In this document: one piece after another, positions 38,222-47,994 of the stretch | How the letters are laid out: each line of letters opens with the position of its first letter | Position numbering within the stretch: the first letter of the stretch is position 1 | Position numbers and translations under genes: made by a program | Notes under the pieces: generated by a model | What the model saw: the letters and a program-made list of their open reading frames with translations, nothing else | Database searches by the model: none | What the model was told of the DNA's origin: nothing | Assembly (NCBI GenBank): GCA_041172285.1 | Contig: JBEDKJ010000021.1 | Coordinates: forward strand, 5,093 to 69,092 | Direction: 5' to 3' | Source of the DNA: Pseudomonadota bacterium | GTDB taxonomy: Bacteria; Pseudomonadota; Gammaproteobacteria; Burkholderiales; Methylophilaceae | Length of the DNA stretch: 64,000 nucleotides

Positions 38222-40099
38222 TTATCCTTTATCCGGCTCGCTTGTGTCCGACAAAGTGAGCTTACGGGCTTGTTCGCGAATGGCATCGGTTTGATTAATT
38301 TCCGCTTGCACGCTGGGGCTAACATTGTCCGTGTTTTTCGGCGCTAGCCCGGCTTGGGCTGCCGCCAGTTTAGCGGCTTTGGCACGCTCTATGGCCGCCG
38401 CAATCAAGGCTTGTTTATCCGCTGGCGTGGTCTGCGCGTCCGCCTTGCTCGGCGCCGGTTTGCTGGTAGGGGCCTCTGCTGCTGGACCGCTGGCTAATTT
38501 TTGCGCTTTAGCGCGAGCAATGGCCGCGGCAATGGCGGCTTGCTTGTCTGAGACGGGGCTGTCGCTTGGTGTTGCTGATGGGGTGGCCTCGGCCGCATCG
38601 GCTAGAGCAGACGCTTCTGTTTTGCTGGCTGCCGCCCGTTCGGCATGCTTTTGCGCCCGCTCTAGTTTTTCGCGCTCTATGCGTGCCAATCTAAATTCAT
38701 TGCGTTCGCGCGCCAGGTCGGCCGCTTCTTTGGCTTTATCGGCGGCAATGATTTCGCTTTTGGCGTAGCGGTAATACTGCACCAGCGGAATGGTGCTGGG
38801 GCAGACGTAGCTGCAGCATCCGCATTCTATGCAATCGAATAATTTGTAATCGCGGGCTTTTTCGAAGTTATCGGATTTAGCAAACCAGTACAGTTCCTGT
38901 GGCTGCAAGTTGACCGGGCAGGCATCGGCGCAACGCGTGCAGCGTATGCATGGCATAGCCGGGGGCGGCGCAGGAAAGAGATCCGGCTTGGCGGCGATAA
39001 TGCAATTGGCAGCCTTGGTGATGGGCACTTGGCGACTGGGTAAATCAAAGCCCATCATGGGGCCGCCCATGATGAAATGGCTGGTGTCGTCCTGCGCTCC
39101 ACCGGCTGCGGCGATTAAATCGGTCAATGGCGTGCCAAACAACACCTCAAAGTTTTGCGGGCTAGCGACGTTGCCGGTAACGGTGACAATTCGACTAATC
39201 GAAGGCTCACCAAAAGCAAAGTAGCGGTGTATGGCCAACACCGTCGCCACATTGAATACTTGCACGCCTAAATCGGTTGAGCGTTTGTCGCTGGGAATTT
39301 CCAGGTCTAGCAGCAAGTGTATGAGTCTACGGGCATCGCCACTCGGGTAGAGCGTGGGCACCACTTTGACCACGGCTTGGCCCTGTTCGCAGGCCGCTTT
39401 CATGGCCTCGCTGGCAGCCGCTTTGTTATCTTCTATGCCTATCAGACAGGTTTCGGCGCCCAATAAATGCTTGACGATTTCTATGCCGGCAACAATCTCA
39501 TCGGCACGCTCGCGCATCAGCATGTCGTCGCAAGTGATATAGGGTTCGCACTCGGCGGCATTGATGATTAGCGTGTGTATGGGTGATTGGTTGTTGCTGC
39601 GCAATTTAATGTGGCTGGGGAAAGTGGCGCCACCTAAGCCAACAATGCCCGATAGCCTTAAGCTGTCGACCAAGGTTTTTTTATCGCTGAGTCGCCAGTT
39701 GATGGGCTGTAATGGGCCCCATTCGTCCAAGCCGTCGCAGCTTATTGTGATGCAGGTGTCAGGCAGGCCGGACGGGTGGGGTATGACTTGTTCGTCTATG
39801 GCGGTCACCGTGCCAGAAGTGGGCGCGTGTATGGCCGCCGAAACCGTGCCTTCGGCTTCCGCTAACAATTGGCCTTTAAGCACTCGATCGCCAACTTTGA
39901 CCAAAACTTTGGGCAAATGCCCGACGTGTTGGCGTAGCGGCAGCACCAATGTGTTTGGTGTGCCCAGCTTGGCAATTGGCCGCGTGTTGGATTCGGCTTT
40001 ATGCTCAGGCGGGTGCACGCCACCGTTAAAGGCGTAGACGTCGTTTTGGCTGCCTAAGCCTGGTAATAAGCGGCTGGCTAAATTGAGTAGGGCGTTCAT
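38222..40099 (-). CDS. rnfC: Rnf/Rsx complex subunit C with Ala-rich tail
   Basis: [31 protein letters not shown], two 4Fe-4S motifs. ATGA overlap with the rnfB stop. Confidence 0.95.
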   Translation of the reverse strand: MNALLNLASRLLPGLGSQNDVYAFNGGVHPPEHKAESNTRPIAKLGTPNTLVLPLRQHVGHLPKVLVKVGDRVLKGQLLAEAEGTVSAAIHAPTSGTVTAIDEQVIPHPSGLPDTCITISCDGLDEWGPLQPINWRLSDKKTLVDSLRLSGIVGLGGATFPSHIKLRSNNQSPIHTLIINAAECEPYITCDDMLMRERADEIVAGIEIVKHLLGAETCLIGIEDNKAAASEAMKAACEQGQAVVKVVPTLYPSGDARRLIHLLLDLEIPSDKRSTDLGVQVFNVATVLAIHRYFAFGEPSISRIVTVTGNVASPQNFEVLFGTPLTDLIAAAGGAQDDTSHFIMGGPMMGFDLPSRQVPITKAANCIIAAKPDLFPAPPPAMPCIRCTRCADACPVNLQPQELYWFAKSDNFEKARDYKLFDCIECGCCSYVCPSTIPLVQYYRYAKSEIIAADKAKEAADLARERNEFRLARIEREKLERAQKHAERAAASKTEASALADAAEATPSATPSDSPVSDKQAAIAAAIARAKAQKLASGPAAEAPTSKPAPSKADAQTTPADKQALIAAAIERAKAAKLAAAQAGLAPKNTDNVSPSVQAEINQTDAIREQARKLTLSDTSEPDKG

Positions 40100-40659
40100 G
40101 TGGTTTGCGCGTGCATGGGGGCAATGGGAATAATGGGGTATTTCCATTTCCAATTATCCGGTTGTTCGGCTATGGCTTGCATGCTGATGCAATCGACTGG
40201 GCAGGGCGCAAGGCACAGTTCACAGCCGGTGCATTCGGAAGCAATGATGGTGTGCATGTGCTTGGCCGCACCCAATATGGCATCGACCGGGCAAGCTTGT
40301 ATGCAAAGCGTGCAGCCTATGCAAGTGGCCTCATCGATGAAAGCCACCGATTTGGGTTTGGGTACACCGTGTTCGGCATTCAGTGGCTTGTATTCCACGC
40401 CCATTAAATCGGCCAATGCATGGGCGCCGGCATCGCCGCCAGGCGGGCATTGGTTGATGTCGGCTTCACCAGCGGCAATCGCTGTGGCATAAGGTTTGCA
40501 ACCAGGGTAGCCGCATTGGCCACATTGCGTTTGCGGCAAGATGGCATCGATGCGCGCCACCAAGGGGTCGCCTTCTACTTTAAACCATAAGGCGGAACAC
40601 CCCAGCACTATGCCAAGTAGTGTGGCTAAACCCAGCATGATATATAGGGAAATTAACAT
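40096..40659 (-). CDS. rnfB: Rnf/Rsx complex subunit B
   Basis: [40 protein letters not shown]. Confidence 0.96.
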   Translation of the reverse strand: MLISLYIMLGLATLLGIVLGCSALWFKVEGDPLVARIDAILPQTQCGQCGYPGCKPYATAIAAGEADINQCPPGGDAGAHALADLMGVEYKPLNAEHGVPKPKSVAFIDEATCIGCTLCIQACPVDAILGAAKHMHTIIASECTGCELCLAPCPVDCISMQAIAEQPDNWKWKYPIIPIAPMHAQTT

Positions 40660-40683
40660 GAAGCGGCGATTTTGGAACCCAAC

Positions 40684-41271
40684 TTAATATTTATCTAAAC
40701 CAGCGAAGCCCATAAAGGCCAAGCTCATTAATGAGGCCGTGACCATGGCGATGGCCGAACCCTTGATGGCCAATGGGACATCAGCGGCTTCTAAGCGTTC
40801 ACGCATGGAAGCGAACAAGATCAACACCATGGAGAAGCCTATGGCCCCACCTAATCCAAAGAACAGGGATTCAAGAAAGCTGTGACTGGATTGGGCGTTT
40901 AATAACGGGATGCCCAATACCGCGCAATTAGTTGTGATCAACGGTAAGAAAATGCCCAGCGCTTGATGCAGGGGTGGAAAATTTTTCTCCATGGCCATCT
41001 CGGTAAATTGCACGACACCGGCAATGACTACAATAAAGGACAGCGTGCGCAAATACTCGAGGCCATTGGGTTCAAGAAGGTAATGGGTGATTCCCCAACT
41101 GGTCATCGAGCCTATGCTTAGCACAAAGGCCGTGGCGCCAGCCATGCCTATTGACGCTTCGAGTTTTTTTGACACACCCATAAAGGGGCAAAGGCCCAAT
41201 ATTTTAACCAGCACGATGTTATTAACCAGCACCGTGCCGATTAAGATCATGATGTAATGATGTAAATCCAT
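40684..41271 (-). CDS. rnfA: Rnf/Rsx complex subunit A
   Basis: [32 protein letters not shown]. Confidence 0.96.
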   Translation of the reverse strand: MDLHHYIMILIGTVLVNNIVLVKILGLCPFMGVSKKLEASIGMAGATAFVLSIGSMTSWGITHYLLEPNGLEYLRTLSFIVVIAGVVQFTEMAMEKNFPPLHQALGIFLPLITTNCAVLGIPLLNAQSSHSFLESLFFGLGGAIGFSMVLILFASMRERLEAADVPLAIKGSAIAMVTASLMSLAFMGFAGLDKY

Positions 41272-41566
41272 AGTCGTAGTCAGTTTCTAAGTGTGAGGCT
41301 AAATTATACTTTGTTTATAGCCAGCTTAATGGCTGAGCCAAGTCAAGCCGGGTAATGAGTCAAACTAAAGCAAAAAAGGAGTGCAATATACCCTTAACGA
41401 GAGGGATGCCAAAGCACACTTCATTATACCCATATAAGCGCATTGAATAAACGCACATTGCGCTTAGGGTTAAGGCTGTAAGGCTTACAACTTATGCGCG
41501 CATAAATTGTATTTTCAGCAGGCTTTTAAGTTAAAATACAACATTCTGTTTAGTTTAGGTTAGCGT

Positions 41567-42460
41567 ATGTTGCAAGGAAGTGCAGTCGCTCAGGGTAGCT
41601 TGGTCGCCATCGTCACGCCGATGTTTGAAGACGGCGGTTTAGACATCCCCGCTTTAAACGCATTAATCGAATTTCATATCGCGCAAGGCAGCGATGGTAT
41701 CGTCATAGTCGGCACCACGGGCGAGTCGCCCACGGTGGATTTTGATGAGCATTGCTTGTTAATCAAAACCGCGGTTGAGCAAGTGCGTGGCCGCGTTATT
41801 GTGATTGCCGGCACCGGTGCCAATTCAACCAAGGAAGCCATAGCGCTCACGCAAAAAGCCAAAGAATTGGGCGTGGACGCTTGTTTGTTAGTGGCCCCTT
41901 ATTACAACAAACCCACTCAGGAAGGTTTGTATCAGCACTTCAAGGCCATTGCCGATGCGGTTGCTATTCCACAAATTTTATACAACGTGCCTGGTCGGAC
42001 CGGTTGCGACATCAGCAACGACACGGTGTTACGCTTGGCTCAACACCCAAATATCGTAGGCATCAAAGACGCCACCGGCGGCATAGAGCGCGGCACCGAT
42101 TTGTTGTTGCGTGCGCCGCAAGACTTTGCGGTATTAAGCGGTGACGATGCCACGGCCATGAGTTTGATGTTATTGGGTGGCAAAGGCGTGATATCCGTGA
42201 CGGCCAATGTGGCACCGAAATTGATGCACGATATGTGCGTGGCGGCCATGGCCGGTGACGCAGTCAAAGCCCGAGCCATTAATGCCAAACTGTTCGGCCT
42301 ACACCAAAAACTGTTTGTGGAAGCCAACCCCATTCCAGTGAAATGGGTGTTGCAAGAAATGGGTTTAATTAAAGCCGGTATACGCTTACCCATGGTGCCT
42401 TTGTCTGCCGCTTACCACGATGTATTGCGCGCCGCCTGCCAGCCCGCGCACCTGTTGTAA
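41567..42460 (+). CDS. dapA: 4-hydroxy-tetrahydrodipicolinate synthase
   Basis: [35 protein letters not shown]. Confidence 0.97.
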   Translation: MLQGSAVAQGSLVAIVTPMFEDGGLDIPALNALIEFHIAQGSDGIVIVGTTGESPTVDFDEHCLLIKTAVEQVRGRVIVIAGTGANSTKEAIALTQKAKELGVDACLLVAPYYNKPTQEGLYQHFKAIADAVAIPQILYNVPGRTGCDISNDTVLRLAQHPNIVGIKDATGGIERGTDLLLRAPQDFAVLSGDDATAMSLMLLGGKGVISVTANVAPKLMHDMCVAAMAGDAVKARAINAKLFGLHQKLFVEANPIPVKWVLQEMGLIKAGIRLPMVPLSAAYHDVLRAACQPAHLL

Positions 42461-42501
42461 GATTGTCCACAACCGGTTGAAACGATTTATTTTTGAGGTT
42501 A

Positions 42502-43761
42502 ATGAAACAAATGAATATCAAACACAGCGCTCTTTACCTATTGATACTGACCAGTTTGGCAGCGTGCGATTCCATTCCGTTCATCAATAACACCTCCGAC
42601 TACAAAGGCGCGGCGCGCTCTCGTCCATTGGAAGTGCCGCCGGATTTAACCGCCAGCCCGGTCAGCGATGCTTACACCATTCCTGGTAGCACCAATTACT
42701 CCAGTTACAGCCAAGCGCAAGAGGGTCAAGAAGTCGCCGTGGAAAAAGTGTTGGCCACACCCGATGGCGTGCGTTTGGAAAGGGCCGGTGCGCAACGTTG
42801 GTTAGTGGTGAATGCCCCGGCTGAAAAAGTCTGGCCGGTGGTATTGGAGTTTTGGGCAGACCAAGGCTTTGCCGTGCGTTCGGAAAATGCGCAGTTGGGC
42901 GTGATGGAAACCGAGTGGGTGGACGCTGAAGCCATTAAAAAAGATGAGAAAGCCGGTTTGGGTGACCGTTTTGACAAGATGCTGGATAAATTATCCGGTT
43001 ACGCGGATAAGAAAAAATTCCGCACGCGTTTGGACAGAGGCGAAGAGCCCAACACCACCGAGATCTACATGACGCATCGCTCGGTGAATGGCGCGCCAGA
43101 TGATGGTAAAAACCGCATTAAAACCCAGTTAGGTGAAATCGAAACCGGCTATAAATTAGACAGCAAAACACCGGTAGCCGAAGACGCCAGGGAAGCCGAA
43201 TACGATGCCGAATTACTCCGTCGACTGATGGTTAAATTGGGCGTGGAAGAGCAAAAATCCAAAACCATCATTGCGCAAGGCGTGACTGTAAAACGCGCTG
43301 ATGTTAAAAAAGAGGCCGATGGCAGCGCCAGTTTGATCTTAAACGACACGTTTGATCGTGCATGGCGCCGTGTCGGCTTGGCCTTGGATCGCGTGGGTTT
43401 TGTGATTGAAGATAAAGACCGTTCTAGTGGCCTGTTCTTTGTTCGCTATGCCGACGTGGACATAGACGATGCGCCAAAGAAAAAGAAAGGTTTGTTGGAT
43501 ACCTTAAAATTCTGGGGCAACGACGATAAAAAAGAAGGCACGGCTGCTGCGCCTAAAGACGATAAAAGCATGATAGAAAAATTGAAATTCTGGGGCACGG
43601 ACGACAAAGCAAAAGTGAACCCAGAAAAACAATACCGCATTAGAGTGGCAGAAGGCGACAAGGACAACAGTGTGGTGACGGTGGTGGATAAAGACGGTGT
43701 GCGTGTTGCCACAACCACGGCCAATCGCATTGTGGCCTTGATGTACGAGCAATTAAAATAA
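42502..43761 (+). CDS. bamC: Outer membrane protein assembly lipoprotein BamC (NlpB/DapX family)
   Basis: Follows dapA; lipobox LAAC; PLEVPPDL, ERAGAQRWLVV, GVMETEW, FDRAWRRVGLALDR. Start at 42502 or 42511. Confidence 0.9.
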   Translation: MKQMNIKHSALYLLILTSLAACDSIPFINNTSDYKGAARSRPLEVPPDLTASPVSDAYTIPGSTNYSSYSQAQEGQEVAVEKVLATPDGVRLERAGAQRWLVVNAPAEKVWPVVLEFWADQGFAVRSENAQLGVMETEWVDAEAIKKDEKAGLGDRFDKMLDKLSGYADKKKFRTRLDRGEEPNTTEIYMTHRSVNGAPDDGKNRIKTQLGEIETGYKLDSKTPVAEDAREAEYDAELLRRLMVKLGVEEQKSKTIIAQGVTVKRADVKKEADGSASLILNDTFDRAWRRVGLALDRVGFVIEDKDRSSGLFFVRYADVDIDDAPKKKKGLLDTLKFWGNDDKKEGTAAAPKDDKSMIEKLKFWGTDDKAKVNPEKQYRIRVAEGDKDNSVVTVVDKDGVRVATTTANRIVALMYEQLK

Positions 43762-43783
43762 GCCTTCAAGCGGCTTACAGTCT

Positions 43784-44557
43784 ATGCGCTTTGCCTCATT
43801 AGGCAGTGGCAGTGCCGGCAATGCCTTGGTGGTGCAGGCTGGCAGCACCAGCTTAATGCTGGATTGCGGCTTTAGTATAAAAGAAACGCTGGCCAGGTTG
43901 GCCAGGTTGCAGCTAGAGCCCAGTCAAATTGATGGCATCGTTATCACCCATGAGCACGATGATCACGCCGGCGGCGCCTTTAAGTTTGCCGCCAAATTCA
44001 ACATCCCCGTCTGGCTAAGTTACGGCACCCTGAAAATGGTAGACCGCTACATGCCCAATCAGCATAGCTTGGATTTGCATGCGGTGGATAGCCACCGTGC
44101 TTTTGCCATCCAAGGCATAGAAGTCCAACCATACCCGGTACCGCACGACGCGCGTGAACCCATACAATGCGTTTTTTCTGATGGCGATAAGCGCCTAGGT
44201 GTGCTCACCGATGTGGGCAGAAGTACGCCGCACATAGAGCAAACCTTAAGCGCTTGCGATGCCTTGGTCTTGGAGTGCAATCACGATGCGGCCATGCTGC
44301 AAGTGGGGCCTTACAGTCGATCGCTTAAAGAGCGCGTGGGTGGCGACTTAGGCCATTTGGAAAATGTAGCCTCGGCGAATATATTGGCTAAATTGGATAA
44401 CAGTCGATTGCAACATATTGTTGCAGCGCATTTGAGTGCAAAGAACAATACCCCAGAACTGGCCAAACAAGCGCTGGCGGGGGTGTTAAATTGTCAAACG
44501 GATTGGGTGGCGGTAGCCGATCAGGCGTTGGGTTTGGACTGGCGTGAAATTGCCTAA
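43784..44557 (+). CDS. MBL-fold metallo-hydrolase (YycJ/PhnP-like)
   Basis: SLGSGSAGN, DCG, THEHDDH, PHDAREP, LECNHD, AHLS. Confidence 0.88.
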   Translation: MRFASLGSGSAGNALVVQAGSTSLMLDCGFSIKETLARLARLQLEPSQIDGIVITHEHDDHAGGAFKFAAKFNIPVWLSYGTLKMVDRYMPNQHSLDLHAVDSHRAFAIQGIEVQPYPVPHDAREPIQCVFSDGDKRLGVLTDVGRSTPHIEQTLSACDALVLECNHDAAMLQVGPYSRSLKERVGGDLGHLENVASANILAKLDNSRLQHIVAAHLSAKNNTPELAKQALAGVLNCQTDWVAVADQALGLDWREIA

Positions 44558-44574
44558 GAGGGTGCGATGGAAAT

Positions 44575-44602
44575 AAAAAAGCCGACTAAAGTCGGCTTTT
44601 TT
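44575..44602. terminator. Bidirectional Rho-independent terminator
   Basis: AAAAAAGCCGACT-AA-AGTCGGCTTTTTT between convergent genes. Confidence 0.88.
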
Positions 44603-44621
44603 ATTGCGTGCAAAGAGCTAA

Positions 44622-44819
44622 TTACTTAGCAGCTTCAGCTGGAGCAGCTGCAGGAGCAGCAGCGTCAGCAGCAGGAGCAGCAGCGTCAGCAGCAGGAGCG
44701 GCTTCAGCAGCAGGAGCTTCAACAGCAGCAGGAGCTTCAACAGGAGCTTCAGCAGCTTTTTCGCCACAAGCAGTAACAGCAAGAGCTAATAATGCAGCAA
44801 GTAGAATAGAACGTGTCAT
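44622..44819 (-). CDS. Small Ala/Pro/Glu-repeat lipoprotein, H.8 (Lip)-like
   Basis: AAGGA SD; signal peptide with lipobox VTAC; AAEAP-like repeats; ends EAAK; own terminator. Confidence 0.85.
   Translation of the reverse strand: MTRSILLAALLALAVTACGEKAAEAPVEAPAAVEAPAAEAAPAADAAAPAADAAAPAAAPAEAAK
44633..44757 (-). repeat. Degenerate coding tandem repeats within the lipoprotein gene
   Basis: Forward-strand unit GCAGCGTCAGCAGCAGGAGC twice and GGAGCTTCAACA twice. Confidence 0.75.
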
Positions 44820-45070
44820 TTTATTTCCTTAAGGTTTACAACGGGTTAAAAAAGCTTTTTCGATAGAAGCTGAAAAGTTTTATCTAATAAGCAATACCGA
44901 GTGAGGCAAATTTTACCAGCAATTATAAAAAAAACCAGTATTTTTCCGCAGATAAAGGCCGATATTTGCAAAAAGTTTAATTTTTTACAATTTTTTTACA
45001 AATTATTAGGGCTTGTTGCTGATTTTATTAAGCATAAGCTGTGCCACTATTCATTTATAAGCAAGGCGGA

Positions 45071-46249
45071 TTAATCAGAAAAATGCAGGTAGCCGGCTAA
45101 ATACCATGCATGAAATAGCGCGTTCAATTCCTCATTATTAAGGTGGCTTGCTAAGTCGGTTGCACTGAGTTGCCGGTAATCGGCTAATTTTTTTAGAGTG
45201 GCTGCGGCCTCACTGGTACACGAGCTCATTTCGCCGTTGAGGTAAAAGCGCTCGCCCTCAAATAGCATCAGGCTTTTTAAATCCAAGCTTAGTCCAAGAC
45301 TGCTCGCTTGTTTGAGGAAAGCTGCGCGGCTTATTTTTTTATTGCTGTCAAATACCACGTGGCTTTTAGGTTCGGACAAATAGCACCCCAGAAACTCCGC
45401 CACGGTGCTGCTTGACCATTGTATGCTTTGCAGTTGCGCACTAACGGTAGCCAGCATGTCGGTGCTGATTTCGGCCGGGTGCGCCTGCAAGCGCAAGTTG
45501 GCATCTTGGTATAAACCAGACAGTGGAATGGACTCTTGGTTAATTTTATCCTGCATAAACCCCAAAAATTCACTGGCCAATTCTTGGTTTTTTGGGGCGC
45601 GAAAGCCAATCGAATAGGTCATGCAATCTTGATCGCCATCCGACACAGCGATGCCCCAATGGGCTAAATGCGGCGGCAAGTAGAGCATGTCGCCGGCTTC
45701 TAACAGCCACTCTTGTTTGGTGTCAAAGTGTTTTAATATGCGAAGTGGTGCGCCCTCCACCAAGCTTAAATCGGTTTGTTCGCTGATGCGCCATAAGCGC
45801 TTGCCCTGGCCTTGCAATAAAAATACATCGTAACTGTCAAAGTGCGGGCCAACGCCGCCTCCGTGGGGGGCATAGCTGACCATGAGGTCATCGAGTCTGG
45901 CGTGCGGGATAAAAGAAAATTGCTGCAATAGCGCGCTGGCTTCCGGTAAAAAATGGTTAACGCTTTGCACCAGCAAGGTCCAATTGTGATCGGCTGTTGG
46001 CCTGTCGGGCAAGGCTGCAAAATCGTCTTCAGTGAAGGGGCCATGCTGCGCGTGCCAAGCGCCTTTTTTGTATTCGACGATGCGCGATTGCACGTCCTCT
46101 TCGCAAGCCAATCCGGCCAGCTCTTCTGGACTGAGTAGACCCTTAAAGTTAGGGATGGCAGCCTTAATCAGCAAGGGTTTTTTTTGCCAATACTGGTCTA
46201 GAAATTCACTGGGGGTCAGTTGGTTTAATAATGCTAATGGCTGATTCAT
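45071..46249 (-). CDS. roxA: JmjC/cupin ribosomal protein uL16 hydroxylase (RoxA/YcfD family)
   Basis: YWQKKPLLI, WTLLVQ, RLDDLMVSYA, GVGPHFDSYDVFLLQ, GDMLYLPP, TYSIGFRAP. Confidence 0.85.
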   Translation of the reverse strand: MNQPLALLNQLTPSEFLDQYWQKKPLLIKAAIPNFKGLLSPEELAGLACEEDVQSRIVEYKKGAWHAQHGPFTEDDFAALPDRPTADHNWTLLVQSVNHFLPEASALLQQFSFIPHARLDDLMVSYAPHGGGVGPHFDSYDVFLLQGQGKRLWRISEQTDLSLVEGAPLRILKHFDTKQEWLLEAGDMLYLPPHLAHWGIAVSDGDQDCMTYSIGFRAPKNQELASEFLGFMQDKINQESIPLSGLYQDANLRLQAHPAEISTDMLATVSAQLQSIQWSSSTVAEFLGCYLSEPKSHVVFDSNKKISRAAFLKQASSLGLSLDLKSLMLFEGERFYLNGEMSSCTSEAAATLKKLADYRQLSATDLASHLNNEELNALFHAWYLAGYLHFSD

Positions 46250-46365
46250 GGCGATATTTTAATCGTATTTGCCTTTTATGTTGCGCTAAGCTGAATAATA
46301 AAGCGTGGCCATTTGGCTGTTTGCCGTTTGCTTACATTGGCGGCAGAATAAAGTAAAATTGCAGC

Positions 46366-47382
46366 ATGACTCCATACTCACTGCTTAGACCCTTATTGTT
46401 TCAGCTCGATGCTGAATTGGCCCACGACCTGAGCTTGGCCAGCTTGCGTTTAGCCGAACGATTGGCCTTGCTGAAACTCTATCCTGCCGCGCCGGTGTGC
46501 CAACCACGCCGCGTAATGGGCATAGACTTTCCAAATCCAGTGGGCCTAGCTGCAGGCTTAGACAAAAATGCGCGAGTCATCGATGGCATGGCGGCATTGG
46601 GTTTTGGCTTCATTGAAGTGGGCACGGTTACGCCTTTGCCTCAGCCTGGCAACCCCAAACCACGCTTGTTCCGATTGCCGGAAGTACAAGGCATCGTCAA
46701 CCGCTTTGGTTTTAACAATCTGGGTGTGGATCAGTTGCTGCGCAACGTTGAGGCATCGAAATACCGGGGTGTGTTGGGTATTAACATAGGGAAAAACTTT
46801 GCCACGCCTATGGAAAATGCCGTGGACGACTATTTAATTTGCCTCAGAAAAGTTTACTCGCATGCCAGTTACGTAACAGTCAATATCTCATCGCCCAACA
46901 CTAAGAATTTGCGCGCCCTGCAAGAAAAAGAAGCTTTATCTTCTTTGCTGCAGAGCCTCAAGCAAGAACAAGCTAAGCTCGCAGATAGGCACGGTCAATA
47001 CGTGCCACTGGTGTTAAAAATTGCACCGGATTTAAGCTTGGAGCAAATACATGAAATTGCCGATTTATTGATGGTGCACAAAATAGACGGCGTGATTGCC
47101 AGCAACACCACCTTATCGCGTGATGAGGTGCAAGGCCTCAAGCATGCTGATCAGGCCGGCGGTTTATCCGGCGCCCCGGTCAGGGAAAAGTCCACTTGGG
47201 TCATACGTGAGCTGGCGCAACGCTTGCAAGGCAGTTTACCCATCATAGGCGTGGGGGGTATTTCAAGTGGCGAAGATGCCTTAGCCAAAATGGCTGCCGG
47301 TGCCGATTTGGTGCAGCTATACAGCGGCTTAATTTACCAAGGGCCAGGCTTGGTGCATGACGTCTGCCGCAAACTGGCTTAA
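46366..47382 (+). CDS. pyrD: Quinone-dependent dihydroorotate dehydrogenase
   Basis: [34 protein letters not shown]. Confidence 0.97.
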   Translation: MTPYSLLRPLLFQLDAELAHDLSLASLRLAERLALLKLYPAAPVCQPRRVMGIDFPNPVGLAAGLDKNARVIDGMAALGFGFIEVGTVTPLPQPGNPKPRLFRLPEVQGIVNRFGFNNLGVDQLLRNVEASKYRGVLGINIGKNFATPMENAVDDYLICLRKVYSHASYVTVNISSPNTKNLRALQEKEALSSLLQSLKQEQAKLADRHGQYVPLVLKIAPDLSLEQIHEIADLLMVHKIDGVIASNTTLSRDEVQGLKHADQAGGLSGAPVREKSTWVIRELAQRLQGSLPIIGVGGISSGEDALAKMAAGADLVQLYSGLIYQGPGLVHDVCRKLA

Positions 47383-47394
47383 GCCTTTTCTAGC

Positions 47395-47994
47395 ATGGCT
47401 GCTTTAGCGCTGCTTTACTCCTACCGACGTTGCCCTTATGCCATGCGTGCGCGCATGGCTTTAAGCTATGCCGGTATTGCTTACCAATTACACGATATAT
47501 CCCTCAAAGACAAACCGGCCGGCTTGCTGGCCGTCTCGCCCAAAGGCACGGTGCCGGTGCTGGTCTTGCCTGATGGGCGGGTGTTGGAACAAAGCTTAGA
47601 CATCATGCATTGGGCCTTGCAGCAGCATGACCCATCCCGCTGGTTAGACATTGATCATGATGGCAGTCAGGCACTGATCAGCGAAAACGACGGGGCGTTT
47701 AAGCAGGCTTTGGATAAGTATAAGTACGCCAGCCGCTTTCCTGAGCAATCAGCAGCAAGCTATCGCAGCCAAGCGGAAGTCTTTTTGTGTAAATTAGAAC
47801 AAGCACTACAAGATCAGCCTTTTTTAAGTGGCGCGCACTTGAGTCTGACCGACGTGGCTATTTTTCCCTTCATTAGGCAGTTTGCCGCCGTGGATGCCAA
47901 TTGGTTTGCCCAAGCAACGTATCCCAAATTGCAAGCTTGGTTGCAAGCTAGGCTTGAATCAAGCTTGTTTCTCGGGGTGATGGCGAAGGCTTAA
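47395..47994 (+). CDS. Glutathione S-transferase family protein
   Basis: YSYRRCPYAMRAR, SPKGTVPVL, SLDIM, DVAIFPFIRQFA. Confidence 0.9.
   Translation: MAALALLYSYRRCPYAMRARMALSYAGIAYQLHDISLKDKPAGLLAVSPKGTVPVLVLPDGRVLEQSLDIMHWALQQHDPSRWLDIDHDGSQALISENDGAFKQALDKYKYASRFPEQSAASYRSQAEVFLCKLEQALQDQPFLSGAHLSLTDVAIFPFIRQFAAVDANWFAQATYPKLQAWLQARLESSLFLGVMAKA

Noticed and set aside
40100-40153. N-terminal extensions in the ORF track for rnfC (also thiL, panD, pssA)
   Set aside because: Family-typical N-termini and stop/start overlaps indicate the shorter starts.
44608-44832. Ala-rich plus-strand ORF, and repeats that could suggest a CRISPR or VNTR
   Set aside because: Antisense of the lipoprotein gene. 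The repeats are in-frame coding units without unique spacers, and no cas genes are present.
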